A DNA stretch of 63,868 nucleotides, the filler included, from Octopus bimaculoides (taxonomy: Eukaryota), in the NCBI RefSeq assembly GCF_001194135.2. It is 5 parts of 5 records of this genome, joined end to end, with 100 filler letters (N's around TTAATTAATTAA, not from the genome) between each part and the next. Parts side by side here need not be neighbours in the genome. Positions count along the whole stretch, not along the records: positions 31,293 to 54,488 come from NC_068991.1; 4 more parts are not named here. The stretch is one strand, 5' to 3'. The notes beneath the pieces were generated by a model, which saw only the letters and a list, made by a program, of their open reading frames with translations, made no database searches and was not told where the DNA came from. Both the position numbers and the translations under genes were made by a program. Positions 39,190 through 52,867 of this stretch are shown here, piece by piece (position 1 is the stretch's first letter; every line of letters starts with the position of its first letter).

Positions 39190-39640
39190 TATTAGGGCGA
39201 CAGATTGTCTGAATCGTTGAATTCGTCTGGGAAAATGATTTGAATTATATATTTCGATTCTCTACGCTCTAAGTTCAAACCTCCCTAAGTTCGAACTTCC
39301 CCTTTCATCTTTCCAAGCTTATAAAATAATTTACCAGTCATGAAATGGGGTAGATTTAAATAACTAAAATCCGCCTGACAAAAACCCACAAGTGCTTATG
39401 TTGGAAGCAGTTATATCGGGCAGACTCGTTGAAACGTTGGACAGAATTTCTTACACTAGCATATCTTCCGGCACTTTACGTTTGCAGCGCAAATCCTGCG
39501 GAGGTCTACGTTACTTTTCATCGTTTCAGGGTCAATAAAATGAAGTATGAGTGAAGTACTACAGTCAATGACACAGATTACTACCCATCCCATCAAAATT
39601 TTGATCTTGTACCTAAATCAGAAATAATTATATTTGTATT
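39190..39640 (+). mobile_element. Two very degenerate SINE family A copies
   Basis: taagttcaaac...cctttcatctt and gaggtctacgttacttttcatcgtttcagggtcaataaaatgaagt...aaattttgatcttgtacc. Confidence 0.6.
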
Positions 39641-41978
39641 ATTGTTGTTGACGTTGTTGTTGTTTTGTTGTATTTTCCAGCATTTGTTGAAGAGTAGAGT
39701 CAATCTAGTACTAGTTTCCTACGTATTGTCTCGGCTATTGCTTCATTTTCACTCAAAATCTAAGTACCTCAAGTCAGTTAATCCGACACTCTGCTGATAA
39801 CATCAGTTTTCTAATATCTTTTCATCATTAAAATGGCGTAAATCGATAACTCCGACGGTGTCTATTATTCAAGAAGTTAATTCTAATATTTAAAACGGTT
39901 ACGTTACACATAACGACCCAACGAGGGTAACTTTACGTTGTCGCACGAATTTCTGGAAATAGCAACCAAATCCCTTCCGAATTATTCTTCTGCTCTCTAA
40001 GAGAGCATTGTCTAAAAATTCCTACGAAATACACTTGTAGTACTGCAGTCATACTGGCTACCGATTGAAAGACGCGGTGGTCAAATTTGGATTATAAGTC
40101 TGACATTGAGAGTGTTCTGATTGTTTTCTCACTAGAAATTTGCCTGGGGCTAAACAACAGCATTAACTTTGGAAAGAAAGCAATGAGTCAGTGAATGAAA
40201 TACACAGCGTAAATATCATCGTAAGAGCTTCAACATTTTTATCAGATTAAATACCTCCACTTACCCCTCCCTTTCTTTTTTATCCCTTTCTTCTCCCTCC
40301 CTTTCTGCCTCCTTCCCTTCTTTTCCCTTCATACAATAACAATAATTGTGCAGAAATTTGTCGTCAAAATTGTTTGTTAGACATCTAGCTTATATAAAAT
40401 GGCAGTTGTTTATCAAACATCAATCAATAAGCACAAGATTTCCCATTGAGATTCAGACAATGCAAATACGTACGCTCACGCAATAAATAAATACACACGC
40501 ACACACACAGAACACACATAAATACACACACCACACACATATATATATACATGCATACATACGTATGTATGTATATATGTATGATTATANNNNNNNNNNN
40601 NNNNNNNNNNNNNNNNNNNNNNNNNNNNNNNNNNNNNNNNNNNNNNNNNNNNNNNNNNNNNNNNNNNNNNNNNNNNNNNNNNNNNNNNNNNNNNNNNNNN
40701 NNNNNNNNNNNNNNNNNNNNNNNNTAAACTGGGGAATAAAACTGTATGAATATGACACAAAAAATATCAATAAAAATATCTCTGCGATTTTTCAGAATTA
40801 AATAGAAGCCGGTAATATGGGAAGCAGAAGATTTTATCAAATAATCTTTTATCATGAGAACCTGAAGATTCTGTGCATTGTTTTGAAACCTAAAGTTGCT
40901 CTCTTTTTTTTTATATATAAATTTCACTTCGTAAGCATAAAAATATTTTCTGCTTTCTTTTTATCCTTTCCACTTAAAAGTTTTTGCTTTTAATTTGAAG
41001 AATTCCTCGGAAAAGGAAAATAGCTTCTTTGATAATAGATTAAGCAGCATATCTTAGAAACTGGAACATATTGATCAAATCACAATATATGCATAATCGT
41101 GAATTATCTGTGATTCAATCAAGCGCTAAAGTGGTATCTGTAGGGCCAAAGGCGAAACAACAACTCCATGCTGAATTGTTAGGATCGTATCTTTGTATAA
41201 ATTCTTTTAGAAACTTGGTAATTTATTAAATAGTGGAGCCAGATTTCGTATAAACCCGTGGGCTTTAAGCGAAGAAATTCCAGTTTGCCGTAATTTTGAA
41301 TTTAGATTAACTTTCGCTCTTAATGGTAGTTGTTATTATTATTCGTCTTCTTGATGTTGTTTAGCGCTAGGTTGATTCCAAGAAGCAGAGTTGTTTTTGG
41401 AATTCTTCCAGATATGACCATCTCATCTTTTCAGAGATAATTTAACTTAGACTACAGTATTCAATACATCCTTCATATTATCAAAATAGTAGAAAACGAT
41501 TTGAGAGAGATTTGGCTGTTTTTTCTCGCAGAGGGATCTATCACCAACCAGTTCACACAATCAAGCAAGCCTGGCATATGGTTACTCGACCTAATAGAAA
41601 CAGCAGCTAAAATCTTTCTTGCATCACATTTGCAGTTCAAAAATGATAATTACGTAATACAGAAAATGAAGTCAAGCACTATTTCCTACAAAACGATGGA
41701 ATTATCACGGCTGGAATGTCATCATTTGTCACTCGAGCAAAGACTGACCTAAGACTAAACAGAAATTGCACTGACAATCACTGCTGTCATAAATTTTCCG
41801 ATGTTTGTGCAAATATCCTGCAATCTTTCATTGTGAACATTTTAATATGTTACATTTAGATCAGTTTTTATAATTATTGAGTACATCTGACACTCTAACC
41901 ACTCATGCGATGTTGCATGTAAGTTATCTCCTTTCATGCTGTAAGTCTGACCTGATATTCTGCCCTTAGATCACCCGT

Positions 41979-42050
41979 GATAGTTATATATGAATACGTA
42001 CAATAACTGTGAATTGAGATAGTTATATATGAATACGTACAATAACTGTG
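41979..42050. repeat. 39-bp-period tandem duplication
   Basis: gatagttatatatgaatacgtacaataactgtg is perfectly repeated at 41979 and 42018. Confidence 0.95.
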
Positions 42051-42603
42051 TACATTGGGAAATCGTTATTGAATGCTGTATTTTTTCCTTTTTGTCGTTT
42101 TTGTTTTTATTATTGTTATATATATTGTAGCCCTTGTTGTATTTTGTTTATTATCTGGTGGGCTCCGGTCAACAATATCTGTGTTAAAAGTGCTCCCACC
42201 ATGAACATCTCAAGGTTCTTTCCTGGAATATATTACCTGTGTCCTTCATTTTTTTAAAGTAGTCTACTTTGATTTGGGGGAATTTAGAAACTTAACCAAC
42301 AGGTTGCACGATCACACGGTTACCTCCCTTGCCCCACGTTCACTTATAAGTAGGTTCCAAATCACTTATTATACAGACATTATTTTAAGTCTGACTAAAG
42401 AGTTTTGTATCTCGATGTAAAAAGAAATACTTGGTCTCTTTCTTTGATATACTGCCGTCAATAAAGAGAGAAAAGAAGTCAAAGTAGCACTTAATTTACT
42501 TATTAGCACCAAAAGTGTGAAATGCAAATTTAATCCTGGTTGGTACTGAAATCAGAGTACAGCGGACTAAAACGAATACGGCAAGACATTCTATCCCATA
42601 CTA

Positions 42604-42815
42604 CAGGGTGTCCACAAGGTCTGGGTACATGGAGTAAATAAAATCATAACATGAACAATTAAATATAAAAAATAATAATTTCTTAAAGTATGTGTTAATC
42701 CAAATGTGGGTACATGGAGTAAATAAAATCATAACATAAACACTTAAATGTAAGGAATAATAATTTCGTAAAGTATGTGTTAATCCCCATGTACCCAGAC
42801 TTTGTGGACACCCTG
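42604..42815. mobile_element. 212-bp Tc1/mariner-type MITE with an internal 85-bp tandem duplication
   Basis: TA|cagggtgtccacaaggtctgggtacatgg...ccatgtacccagactttgtggacaccctg|TA (29-bp TIR, 1 mismatch); internal units start at 42622 and 42707. Confidence 0.93.
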
Positions 42816-43429
42816 TATATTGACTCTGCCAACTTGGAGCCTTATCATCTTTACCAAAGTTGTGAGTAAAATTTTCTTGGTGTCTGGCTTCATCGCTATA
42901 TACTAACAACATGTTCTACATTAAATATTTTGAATTTCGTCAAGGCGTGTGGAGTTGAATGCTGTTGACCAAAACACATTATTTCTTTAGTCACTAAATT
43001 ATATGATTTCGTTGTATCGATATAAACGATAGGGAACTTTAAAAATAAATTAAGGTATTTATAAACATTCTTTTACCTGATGACATCAAATGTTTTCTGA
43101 TCGATACCGCCTTTTATTTTTCTGAAATCAATAAAATAAAACCAGTTACATACTGCATCAATACAAACGGCTTTATACACCCTAAATGTGTGACCTTGTG
43201 CAGATGACTTTTCCATATGCACCAAACTCTCTTTTACTGTCATAGGGACTGAAGCAGTAGGGAGTGATTTGAGGGGCAAGCGGCTGCTATTTCTAACAGG
43301 TAGGGCGACGACCACGTATGAGCAGAACAGTTCATTCGATTTGGTAGGTGATATATTCCTATGTATAAATGCATGATACATTATTACTATATAAATGTAT
43401 TATATACATAGATACATATACATACATAC

Positions 43430-43462
<33 letters not shown>

Positions 43463-43970
43463 NNNNNNNNNNNNNNNNNNNNNNNNNNNNNNNNNNNNNN
43501 NNNNNNNNNNNNNNNNNNNNNNNNNNNNNNNNNNNNNNNNNNNNNNNNNNNNNNNNNNNNNNNNNNNNNNNNNNNNNNNNNNNNNNNNNNNNNNNNNNNN
43601 NNNNNNNNNNNNNNNNNNNNNNNNNNNNNNNNNNNNNNNNNNNNNNNNNNNNNNNNNNNNNNNNNNNNNNNNNNNNNNNNNNNNNNNNNNNNNNNNNNNN
43701 NNNNNNNNNNNNNNNNNNNNNNNNNNNNNNNNNNNNNNNNNNNNNNNNNNNNNNNNNNNNNNNNNNNNNNNNNNNNNNNNNNNNNNNNNNNNNNNNNNNN
43801 NNNNNNNNNNNNNNNNNNNNNNNNNNNNNNNNNNNNNNNNNNNNNNNNNNNNNNNNNNNNNNNNNNNNNNNNNNNNNNNNNNNNNNNNNNNNNNNNNNNN
43901 NTGGCATCTTTTTGGATACTGGCCTCTGTGTGTGTATGTATGTGTTTGTGTATGTGTGTGTGTGTGTGTT

Positions 43971-44001
<31 letters not shown>

Positions 44002-44351
44002 GTGTTTGTGTGTGTGTGTACGAATTCATGTTTGCGTGGTATAATGTAGTGTATTCATGCGTATGCGTTTGCATACGATTTACATACGACAGTGTATAAT
44101 GTTACTACACACACACGCATATACACATACACTCACACACACACACACACATTCACTCATACATACATGCACACAACGTTATTGAGTAAAAGATACCACA
44201 CAGGTGCAATTTTCTCAATCAACATTTTCTATTGCGGCTTATTAGTGGAAACCAAGCAACTGCAAAATATCTGAATGTAGGAATGGTCTTAAAGAAGGTA
44301 AGAAAAACACGGAGACAATTATTCTACGGAAATTAAACATTTTCTCCGTGG

Positions 44352-45255
44352 CTTAGTGCACTGGTAGAACCGTTAAAGCGTAGGGAAAAATTTGCATTTT
44401 TTTTTTATCGGTATTTGCTCTATCTCTTTACATTTTGAGTTCAAATCCCAAGGAGGTCAACTGTTTCCTTCATTCTCTCCGAAGTCGATATAATAATGAT
44501 TTTAAATTTTCGTACAACGCCGATAATTTTGTGGGGAGGGGGTTAAGTTGGTTACATCGACTCCAGGGTTCAACTGGAACATATTTTATCAACCCCAAAA
44601 GGATGAAAGGCGAAGTAGACATCCGTGGAATTTTGAACTCAGACCGTGGAGACGGACGAAATATCGCTAAGCATTTTGCCCGGCGTGCTAACGATTCTGC
44701 CAGCTCACCGCCTACCGAGGTCGATATAATGCACCAGTCTTGTACCCAGTTCGTTGTTATCAGCTAACTACTTCCTCTCAAAATTTCTGGCAATGTACTT
44801 AAATGACAAACTAAAGGTGGCGCGCTGGCAGAATGGCAAACGCCTCGGACAAAATGCTTAGTAGCATTTCTTCCGGCTCTTTACAGTGAGTTCGAATCCC
44901 GCTGAGGTCAACTTTGCTTTCATATTTTCGTAGTCGATAAGATCAGGTATCAGTCAAATACTGTGATCAATTTAAACGACTGATCCTCTCACCTCAAAAC
45001 CGCTGGCCTTATGCCAAAATTAGAATTATTATTATTATCATTATTATTATTATTATTATTAGGGCAGAGTCGTTAACACGTCAAACAGAATGCGTAGCGG
45101 CGTTTCTTCCGGCTTTTTACGTTTTGTGTTCCAATTCCACCGAGGTCGCCTTTAACTTCCATCCTTTCAATTTTGGCAAAGTATGTATCAGTTTGATGTG
45201 ATCAAGTAAACCCACCGTCTTCAAAATTCCTGGCTTTGTACCAAATTGTCAAACA
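44352..45255. mobile_element. Cluster of SINE family A copies: + 44352-44500, - 44524-44713, + fragment 44716-44810, + 44814-45026, + 45061-45255
   Basis: Repeated B-box and cctttcat-type motifs; the minus copy ends ggcgtgctaacgattctgccagctcaccgcct. Confidence 0.88.
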
Positions 45256-45289
45256 ACTACTATTGTTGTTATTGTTGTTATGCTACTAT

Positions 45290-45290
<1 letters not shown>

Positions 45291-45366
<76 letters not shown>
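45291..45366. repeat. (CT)n microsatellite
   Basis: Direct reading. Confidence 0.97.
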
Positions 45367-45370
<4 letters not shown>

Positions 45371-46495
45371 CATGCTTCTTTGTGATGTCGCCTACTGTTT
45401 TTCAATGTAATTTTTCATCTCTCCGCTCTGCTTCCTCTCTCTCTTGTTCTTTCTCTTTCCTTCCTTCTCGCCATCTGATTGTCTCCACGCACAACAACAA
45501 CTGCTTTGATTGTTTTCAGCTCAAGACTAGATCATTAATTATTCTCACTCTACGCGTGGCTTCAAAGAAAGAGAGAGAGAGGTGGGGAGGGAGAGAACCT
45601 GGATGAAATAAAGCATTCGATTTCATTCCAGCGTTTACAGTAATACTAGTTAAGCAGGTGTTGTTTCCTGTGATAAATGCTGTGCTTATTTACTGTTAAA
45701 TTAATATATCTGCTCGCTACATTAGTTAATACATCCAATCAACTAACGACACTTTTATAACTTAATGAATTATTCTGTTTATTATATCGTCCTAACCTCA
45801 TTAATTAATAAGAGTCGTAGTTGGCCGTATTGATACTTTTTGGCATTTCAGATTGTTAGCCGAACAACTGTCAATGACCCAGAGATCTATTATTCCTCTC
45901 GCTTTACTATCCACAACGTTCGCAATAATATAGAATGGACAATAGATCTGTTGGTAACAACTAGTTATTCGGCCGTCAATGTGTGATGCCACACAACCTG
46001 ATTCAGCAAGATGTAATAATTCTTATATTGAAAATACAAACCCTTACTGAAGGCAGATTTAACAGTTTTATCTGTTGACCTTGCAGTACTCTACCAAAGT
46101 TTACCTTTGAACTCAGTTTAGTGACACTTAAACTGACAAATACCAAGTCCGTCAACAATATTTGCTCCTCGTTATTAGTTTATTAGCACAAAATACAGTT
46201 TGCATCTATATTATTCTACTTTCTTCGTTATGGTGCCGGCAAGTCTAAAAAGTGTTAAAGCGTGTTTTTCTATTAAACATAATAATTTTTTCATGTACTT
46301 TCAATCCAAACAAACTCCCACCTCCTTATGAAAGACGCTGTGTTAGATTAAGGCTACGATAAAAACGAATTTTACTTTTTTTTTTATTCATCACAATCCC
46401 TGCAGACTACTTGCTGGAAAGTGAAGAGTGAAAGAAATCCTGATTTAAAGAGATTACCGACTAATCAAAACATTTAAGTCCCTTAACTCAAAATG

Positions 46496-46621
46496 CTGAT
46501 CTTGATATCGCTCTCGGAAATCCTGATCTCACGCCCAGGGATCCTAATTTCACTCTGAGGGCCTTAATCTCACCCACCAGGAATCCTGTTCAGAATTAAA
46601 GAAATCCTAATCTCACCACCG
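46496..46621. repeat. Degenerate 21-bp minisatellite, about 6 units
   Basis: Units gaaatcctgatctcacgccca / gggatcctaatttcactctga / gggccttaatctcacccacca / ggaatcctgttcagaattaaa / gaaatcctaatctcaccaccg. Confidence 0.75.
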
Positions 46622-47499
46622 ACCAATCGAAACATTCCTGGAGCTAAGCTCAACCTGCGTGCTACACTGCAATGATATTAAGTGATTTAAAAAACGGTTG
46701 TAATTCATAAACAGTTACACAATTACATAATTCAAGCAACAAAATTCAATCTGAAAAATATTGTCCGTTGTTTTTTTAATTATTGTTTTGTTGTCTATTT
46801 TATATATAAAAATGATCGTCTGCGTTTCTACAATTCACAACTTTATGATTTAGCTTTATTTCTAATAATAATCGCACAATTTATTTCCAATAAGAAATTT
46901 TCCTGGTAATTAATTATTACAAATAATACTAATTGTATTAGTCACTCCATGGTGAAATTTCGTTCGTTTAACGATTTTTCTTGGCTGTTATTGAAAAAGA
47001 AAATAAGAGAAATAAATAGCAATTTCACGCTTATTGAATTTATCCTAATCATGATTAATGAATTGTTTTCATTGATTATTTTGCTTAGTTCGTTTTTTTG
47101 TTCTGCTTTTTGTTTTTGTTTTTTTTTGTTTTTTTTCGTATATTTTATACTTCATTTTATTTCTCAAAGTTTTCCATTTTGTTATTTTCATCCACACAGA
47201 CAATTATATAGCATATTAGCATTCATCACGACTTGTTTTCGCAAAACATTGATTGTATTTTAAAACGGCAACTAGCCGAATAGATAAGCATCTTCAGTTG
47301 GCATAAGGACATTTTCGGTTCCGTACTCTGTCATTGTGAAAACATTTCTGAGTTAATTGTTGCGAATGCTGTGAAGTACGCGATCATAGTCAATATGATG
47401 AACACGATAACTTGAACTCGAGTAAGGTATATACAGTTGAGCAATATTTGATACAACCAAACAAAATAAGAGAAATGCCTCGAAATAAAATAAAATGAA

Positions 47500-47720
47500 G
47501 AGGCTTCAACCAGCCACAGAATTGTTAACGCGTCGGACAAAATAATTAGCAGCATTTGTTCAGGCACTTTGCATTCTGAGTTCAAATCCTGCCGATATCA
47601 CTTTTGGTTTTCATCCTTTTGGTTTCGATAAAATAAAGTTTCAGTCAAGCACTAGGGTCGATGTATTCGACTGTCCCACCCCCTTAAAATTACTAACCTT
47701 GTGCCAAATTTAGAAAGAAT
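47500..47720 (+). mobile_element. SINE family A
   Basis: gaattgttaacgcgtcggacaaa...ctgagttcaaatcc...ttttcatccttttggtttcgataaaataa...agggtcgatgtattcgact. Confidence 0.88.
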
Positions 47721-47892
47721 TATAATTCTTATTTGCTGAATGATTTCTAGTTGCACCATAACAACTACTTTCGCTATGTGTTACATTTGACAATGATTGC
47801 TATACTTTAATTAAATCTGAAAACTGTCAGATGGATTATATCCGTAATTCAACAGCCTACCCTATGGTACATTGTCGCGTGATTTTGTGTCT

Positions 47893-47960
47893 AAATTACG
47901 TTAAGGACACACATGTCTGTGGAATGTTCAGCTGCTTAACATGCTGATTCAAAGAGCAAG
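47893..47960 (+). mobile_element. Internal fragment of SINE family C
   Basis: tacgttaaggacacacatgtctgtggaatgttcagc matches the reverse complement of 58900-58940. Confidence 0.65.
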
Positions 47961-48058
47961 TGATTCACTTAAATGGTGAGAACATGGATCATCGTAAACA
48001 TGTGTCATGCTTTCCAGAACCGGTTCATATGTGTAGATATGTGCATATACATACATGA

Positions 48059-48102
<44 letters not shown>

Positions 48103-48775
48103 ACACACACACACATACATACATATACATATATATATATATACACAATTGTTAAAGAGGACAACAAATGTTAAACATTAAGGCAAGACAAACATCAATT
48201 CATATACATTATTATTATTGGAAAGACTTTAAAGTCTTACAACTGTTTCTGGGATATCCCAGAGTATGGAATATTCCGCCATCGGAGACAAATATGGAAA
48301 TGAGAAGGGTATAGCTTAATGAAATGACGACATAAAGGACAGGAGTAAAGGAATAAGGAAATGAAGAAAGAGAAGAAAAAGAAGCATAAAAGTTCACAGT
48401 TCAACTTTCTGATCTCGTAGAAATAAGTCCATAAGCACTTAGGTGCAATCCTGCGTAAATCCATATTGTAAACATCCAGAAAAAAGATGTGAACATATCA
48501 ACGTTCAATAACAGAATGGTAGCGGAGATGGCTATTAAATGGTAAAAAGTAAGAAAAGTAAATAAATAGGAAGAGAGGTAGATTGAGTGAGGGGAAAATT
48601 AAGGATTGGCTTTAAGGATAAAGTAAGGTATATAAACATATAGTGTCGGCTATACCGGAAATCTGCAATAGCTCCATAACTACTGTTTCGGCTATAACCT
48701 TGGAGCCCTAGTAATCCGTTACAGCACTTATCTACGGTACCTAATGGTTTAGATTACCTGTGAACTAAACCAACA

Positions 48776-49397
48776 TATTAAGGAATAGTGGTACGACAAG
48801 GCACCAATGTTTGCTGGAAATAGCAGTCGATAATGATACGACGTTATGTAAAGCTTCACTTAAATATGTACTGTCAAAGATGTATGCGGGCAGCGAACAT
48901 AAAGAATTGTCGTCTTACCTCGAGGCAGAACATCGTAAAAACGGACAATCCAGAATCGATAATCTAGGACCCGATTATTAATTTTGGGTTGTCCGTTTTT
49001 ACGATGTTCTGCCTGGGATAAGACGAAAATTTTTTATGTTCGCTGCCCGCATACATCTTTGTCAGTGTAAATTTAAGTGAAGTTTTACATAGCGTCGTAT
49101 CGTTATCGACTGCTATTTCCAGCAAACATTGGTGCTTGTCACACCACTATTTCTTAATAATCCTACCTTTACGCTGCTTAATGCTTCTGGAAAGTGATAC
49201 TATTGTATTGCAATGATATTTTAAACTTCTATAGAAAACTTTTTCACCGATCTCGGTTGTTAACGACTAGGCGTTCAGCCGAATATATTGGTAAGTTGTA
49301 TCGATACTTTAAAATTTCGTCACAGGTGACTCTAGCTGGTGAGGACTAATCAAATTTACGATAACAACTGTGTTTTGGAAAGTTCGAAACTCGGTTA
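48776..49397. mobile_element. Unclassified repeat, copy 1: ~384-bp foldback palindrome (48776-49159) plus unique arm
   Basis: ~188-bp arms with a ~8-nt loop; 49160-49397 is homologous in reverse to 60050-60330. Confidence 0.9.
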
Positions 49398-49900
49398 CAT
49401 ATGTTTCATAGCGATTGGAACCTGAGAAGTGGTAAAATCCAAGTGAGGTGTATACCACCGGCTACTCTTCAGGCCAAGGATACCTTGATTAGATTAAAGA
49501 CTACATTGTCGCAAGGAAGTACATGATGACGCAAAGATTCAATCAGAATATATATATATACATCATGGGTCCCACACATTTTCCATCTGCCAAATTTACT
49601 CCCGGATCCAGGACTATATTAGAAGACCTGTACCCTAGCTCATTATTGCTCTCGTGTATGGCTAACTTAAAGCATTTTCTAGCAGGTCTATTCGAAATAT
49701 AAAGTAGTTGAGTTAGTGTGTTGATCTGTGATGGGAACTTGAATTTTGCATTCAAGGGGAAGGAGGTAAGTGTTGGCTGGTTTGTGACACAAGCACCTTT
49801 TAGACTGTGTTGATGGAATATTTTCTATATTATACATGGCGTTCATGCACACATGCACACACACACATATACACATATACCACATGCATGTATATACATA

Positions 49901-50880
49901 TCTACCATTCACAATCTTATTTCCTCCTCTTTTTTATCTTCCACCACCTCCAACTCCATTGCCTGTAACCCACATACCTTCGCCATCTACTTCCTAAAAC
50001 CCACAAACCCAAAACAACCCTGGCCTCCCCATCGTTTGCCCATCGTTTGTGCCTGCAGCTGCTCCATCGAACTCATCCCCAAATATCTCGACCTTGTTCT
50101 CGCACCCTTCATGGCTTCATATTTATGACACCAACAATACTCTTCGTCTCTTTAATTCTTTCTCCCTTCTTCCCGGCCCCTTCAGACTCTTGTTCATCCG
50201 TGACATAAAAATCCTTATACACTCTAATCCCTCATAATGAAGGCTTCCTTGCAATAACATACTTCCTGGATTTTCTTCTTTATCAACCTAATGCTTCCTA
50301 CTTTCCTCCGTTTAGCTGAACTTGTACTCTCTTTGGGTTGTTTCTTGTTCGCGGGTGAATTTTATTATCAGTTCGCAGAAGTAACCATAGGAAAGAGAAT
50401 GGGCTCTAAATATGTGAACCTTTTCGTTGGCTATGCTGAAGCTCGAATATTTTTCCAATTCGCTGATCCCATTTCTGAACTGGTCGTTACATTAACGTGC
50501 GACCTCATATCAGTGCGACCTCACTCTTCTGCGAATATCTCGGCTCCTCCCTCTCTTCCATCCAGTCCTTTCATACCACTCTCGAATTCTCATGTTTTGT
50601 CTCCAACACCTCCATCAACTGTCTCAACGCTTCTGTTGCCATCCACCAATTCTCTCCTAACATCTCCATCCATTATAAACCCAAAGATTCTCAACTTCTC
50701 TTCCCACCCTATACACGCCAAACTGTCCATCCCTCACTCTCAGTTCCTCTGTGTCTGCCGGCTCAGTAGCGGCAACCATGACATTGAGACACGCTCTTAA
50801 CTCATGGCTCGTCACTTCACCCAACGAGGATACACCGCCACCGTATCCAAAACACCTTCGCCCGTGCACGAGACAAGAAC
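49901..50880 (+). mobile_element. Decayed Penelope-like element reverse transcriptase
   Basis: STIHNLISS, PIVCACSCSIELIPKYLD, DTNNTLRLFNSF, LYTLIPHNEG, LRLAELVLS, IGKRMGSKYVNLFVGY, YKPKDS, SSHPIHAKLSIPHSQF, HFTQRGY; frameshifts and stops. Confidence 0.9.
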
Positions 50881-51371
50881 CTACACGCACGTTCACACGC
50901 ATACATTAGCTGCTATACACATACATCTGAACACACACACACGCGCATATACACGTACGTATGTGTATCCATACACATATATAAGCTAACATATTCTTCA
51001 TATTCACACACATGCTTGCCATAAATACATATACACGTGTTATCCTCATATATACACACTCTCTTGCGTAGACACACTTTAACCAAGTTACTGCTGTCTC
51101 CCATGCCGGCAACTACTTCCATCCTTCTGGTCAATTCAACATATGAAATCGTTAATCCAGAGGGGTTTTTTTTTTTGTCTCCACTTTTTTTTCTCTTCTA
51201 CCCATTCTTTTCTCTCCTCATTCCTTTCTGTACAGGCGAATAGGCTCGAAATGTGAAAGATTTTTCCATTTTTTCTCAGCGTAAAACTAAAACAACTCGT
51301 TTGTTGTTCCCTCGCTGCCTTTGTCTTCGGTTTTTGTGTTTTGTAAAATTTTAAACTATAAATGTGTATTA

Positions 51372-51704
51372 TTTTATTCTTTTACTTGTTTCGGTCATTT
51401 GACTGCAGCCATGCTGGAGCACCACCATGAAGGGTTTTAATTGAACAAATCGACACCAGCGCTTATTTTTTTAAGCCTAGCACTTATTCTATTGGTCACT
51501 TTTGCCGAACCACTAGGTTAAGGAGTTGCAAACACACCAACACCGGTCGTCAAGCGATGATGAGGGACAAACACAGACACATAGACACACCCACATAGAT
51601 ATATATGTCTACCAAATTCACTCAGAAGGCCAAGGTACCACGCAGTGGGACTGAACCAAAAACCATGCAGCTGGGAAACAAGCTTCTCACTACACAGCCA
51701 TGCC
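51372..51704 (-). mobile_element. Bipartite SINE family B with an internal deletion
   Basis: Same order as 25183-25547; the tcgggccgacc...tgtcttc segment is missing. Confidence 0.9.
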
Positions 51705-51750
<46 letters not shown>

Positions 51751-52396
51751 TGTGTGTAGTCCAAAATTTGCAAACACGTACATAGATGCGTGTGCACACA
51801 TGTGATATATGTGTCAGGGTTATTAAGTGAAAAATAATTATATTTTTGCTTAAAGATTTTAATATTGGCATCGAGTATCTCATATGTGTGTGTGTGCATG
51901 TGTGTGCGTGAGTGTGTTATGTGTATACATATACATATATACATACACATATATGTATAGATATTTGTGTGTGTGTGTGAGTGTGGGTGTGTGGGTGTGT
52001 GTGAGTGTATGTGTGTGGGTGTCTGAGTACTGGTTTTCTGGTTGGCAATAAGCTGCGTATTGGTTGTTATTTACATTAATTCTGTTTGCTTTTATGATGT
52101 ATTTTAGTTTTCCTTTTATTTTTATTCGTATTTCTATTTACTAATCAATGCCTTCTTTTAAAGTACATAAGTTCCCGTTCGCGGTGTTAAAGCGTTTTTG
52201 GCATGTAATCATAAACTCTTAAATCAATAATCATATATACAAAGATAAATATACATTTATAAACAACAAAACACACTATTGTTTGGAACACAATCAAGGT
52301 CACATCTTCGTTATGCTGTTTTCTTTTTCTCAAAGCTATTTTTATTCTTTAAGCCCTGTGCAGTTAAAATGTTGCATATGTGAATGCATTTATAGT

Positions 52397-52454
<58 letters not shown>

Positions 52455-52551
52455 NNNNNNNNNNNNNNNNNNNNNNNNNNNNNNNNNNNNNNNNNNNNNN
52501 NNNNNNNNNNNNNNNNNNNNNNNNNNNNNNNATATATATATATATATATGT

Positions 52552-52852
52552 ACTAGTACCCCAATAATCATCATATTCGTTGCAAACAATAATGTAAAAA
52601 AATTTTATCGTACAAAAAAAATTGTCGCAAAAAGTCACGTAAAAAATTGCCGAAAATAATCACAGTAATGAAAACTTGGGAATCCAAAATTTCAGGATTG
52701 TTGGTCGGATTCGGCCCGGAATGTTTTTAATTTACTCACGGAGTCAGCCTGATATCAAAATGGTATGATATGTTGGACTATAGCCTCTAGGAGTAAAGTT
52801 GAAAAAGTGTGACACACTGACACACTGAGATTCACATTTATTATATGATATA
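52552..52852 (+). mobile_element. Helitron/Helentron-type non-autonomous element (HINE-like)
   Basis: Starts actag after (TA)n, has a gacacact mini-repeat and ends cacatttattatat; the same tail recurs at 53097-53140 and 53664-53712 (gttttcgcatttatgata). Class assignment is by resemblance. Confidence 0.5.
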
Positions 52853-52867
52853 TTATTATATCATATT

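Noticed and set aside
39850-40260. PLE GIY-YIG relic (YTCSTAVI, TGYRLKD)
   Set aside because: Two weak motif traces only; the YIG motif is not found.
45852-45985. Candidate exon after tttttggcatttcAG (IVSRTTVNDPEIYYSSRF...)
   Set aside because: No recognisable protein, no clear donor and no partner exons.
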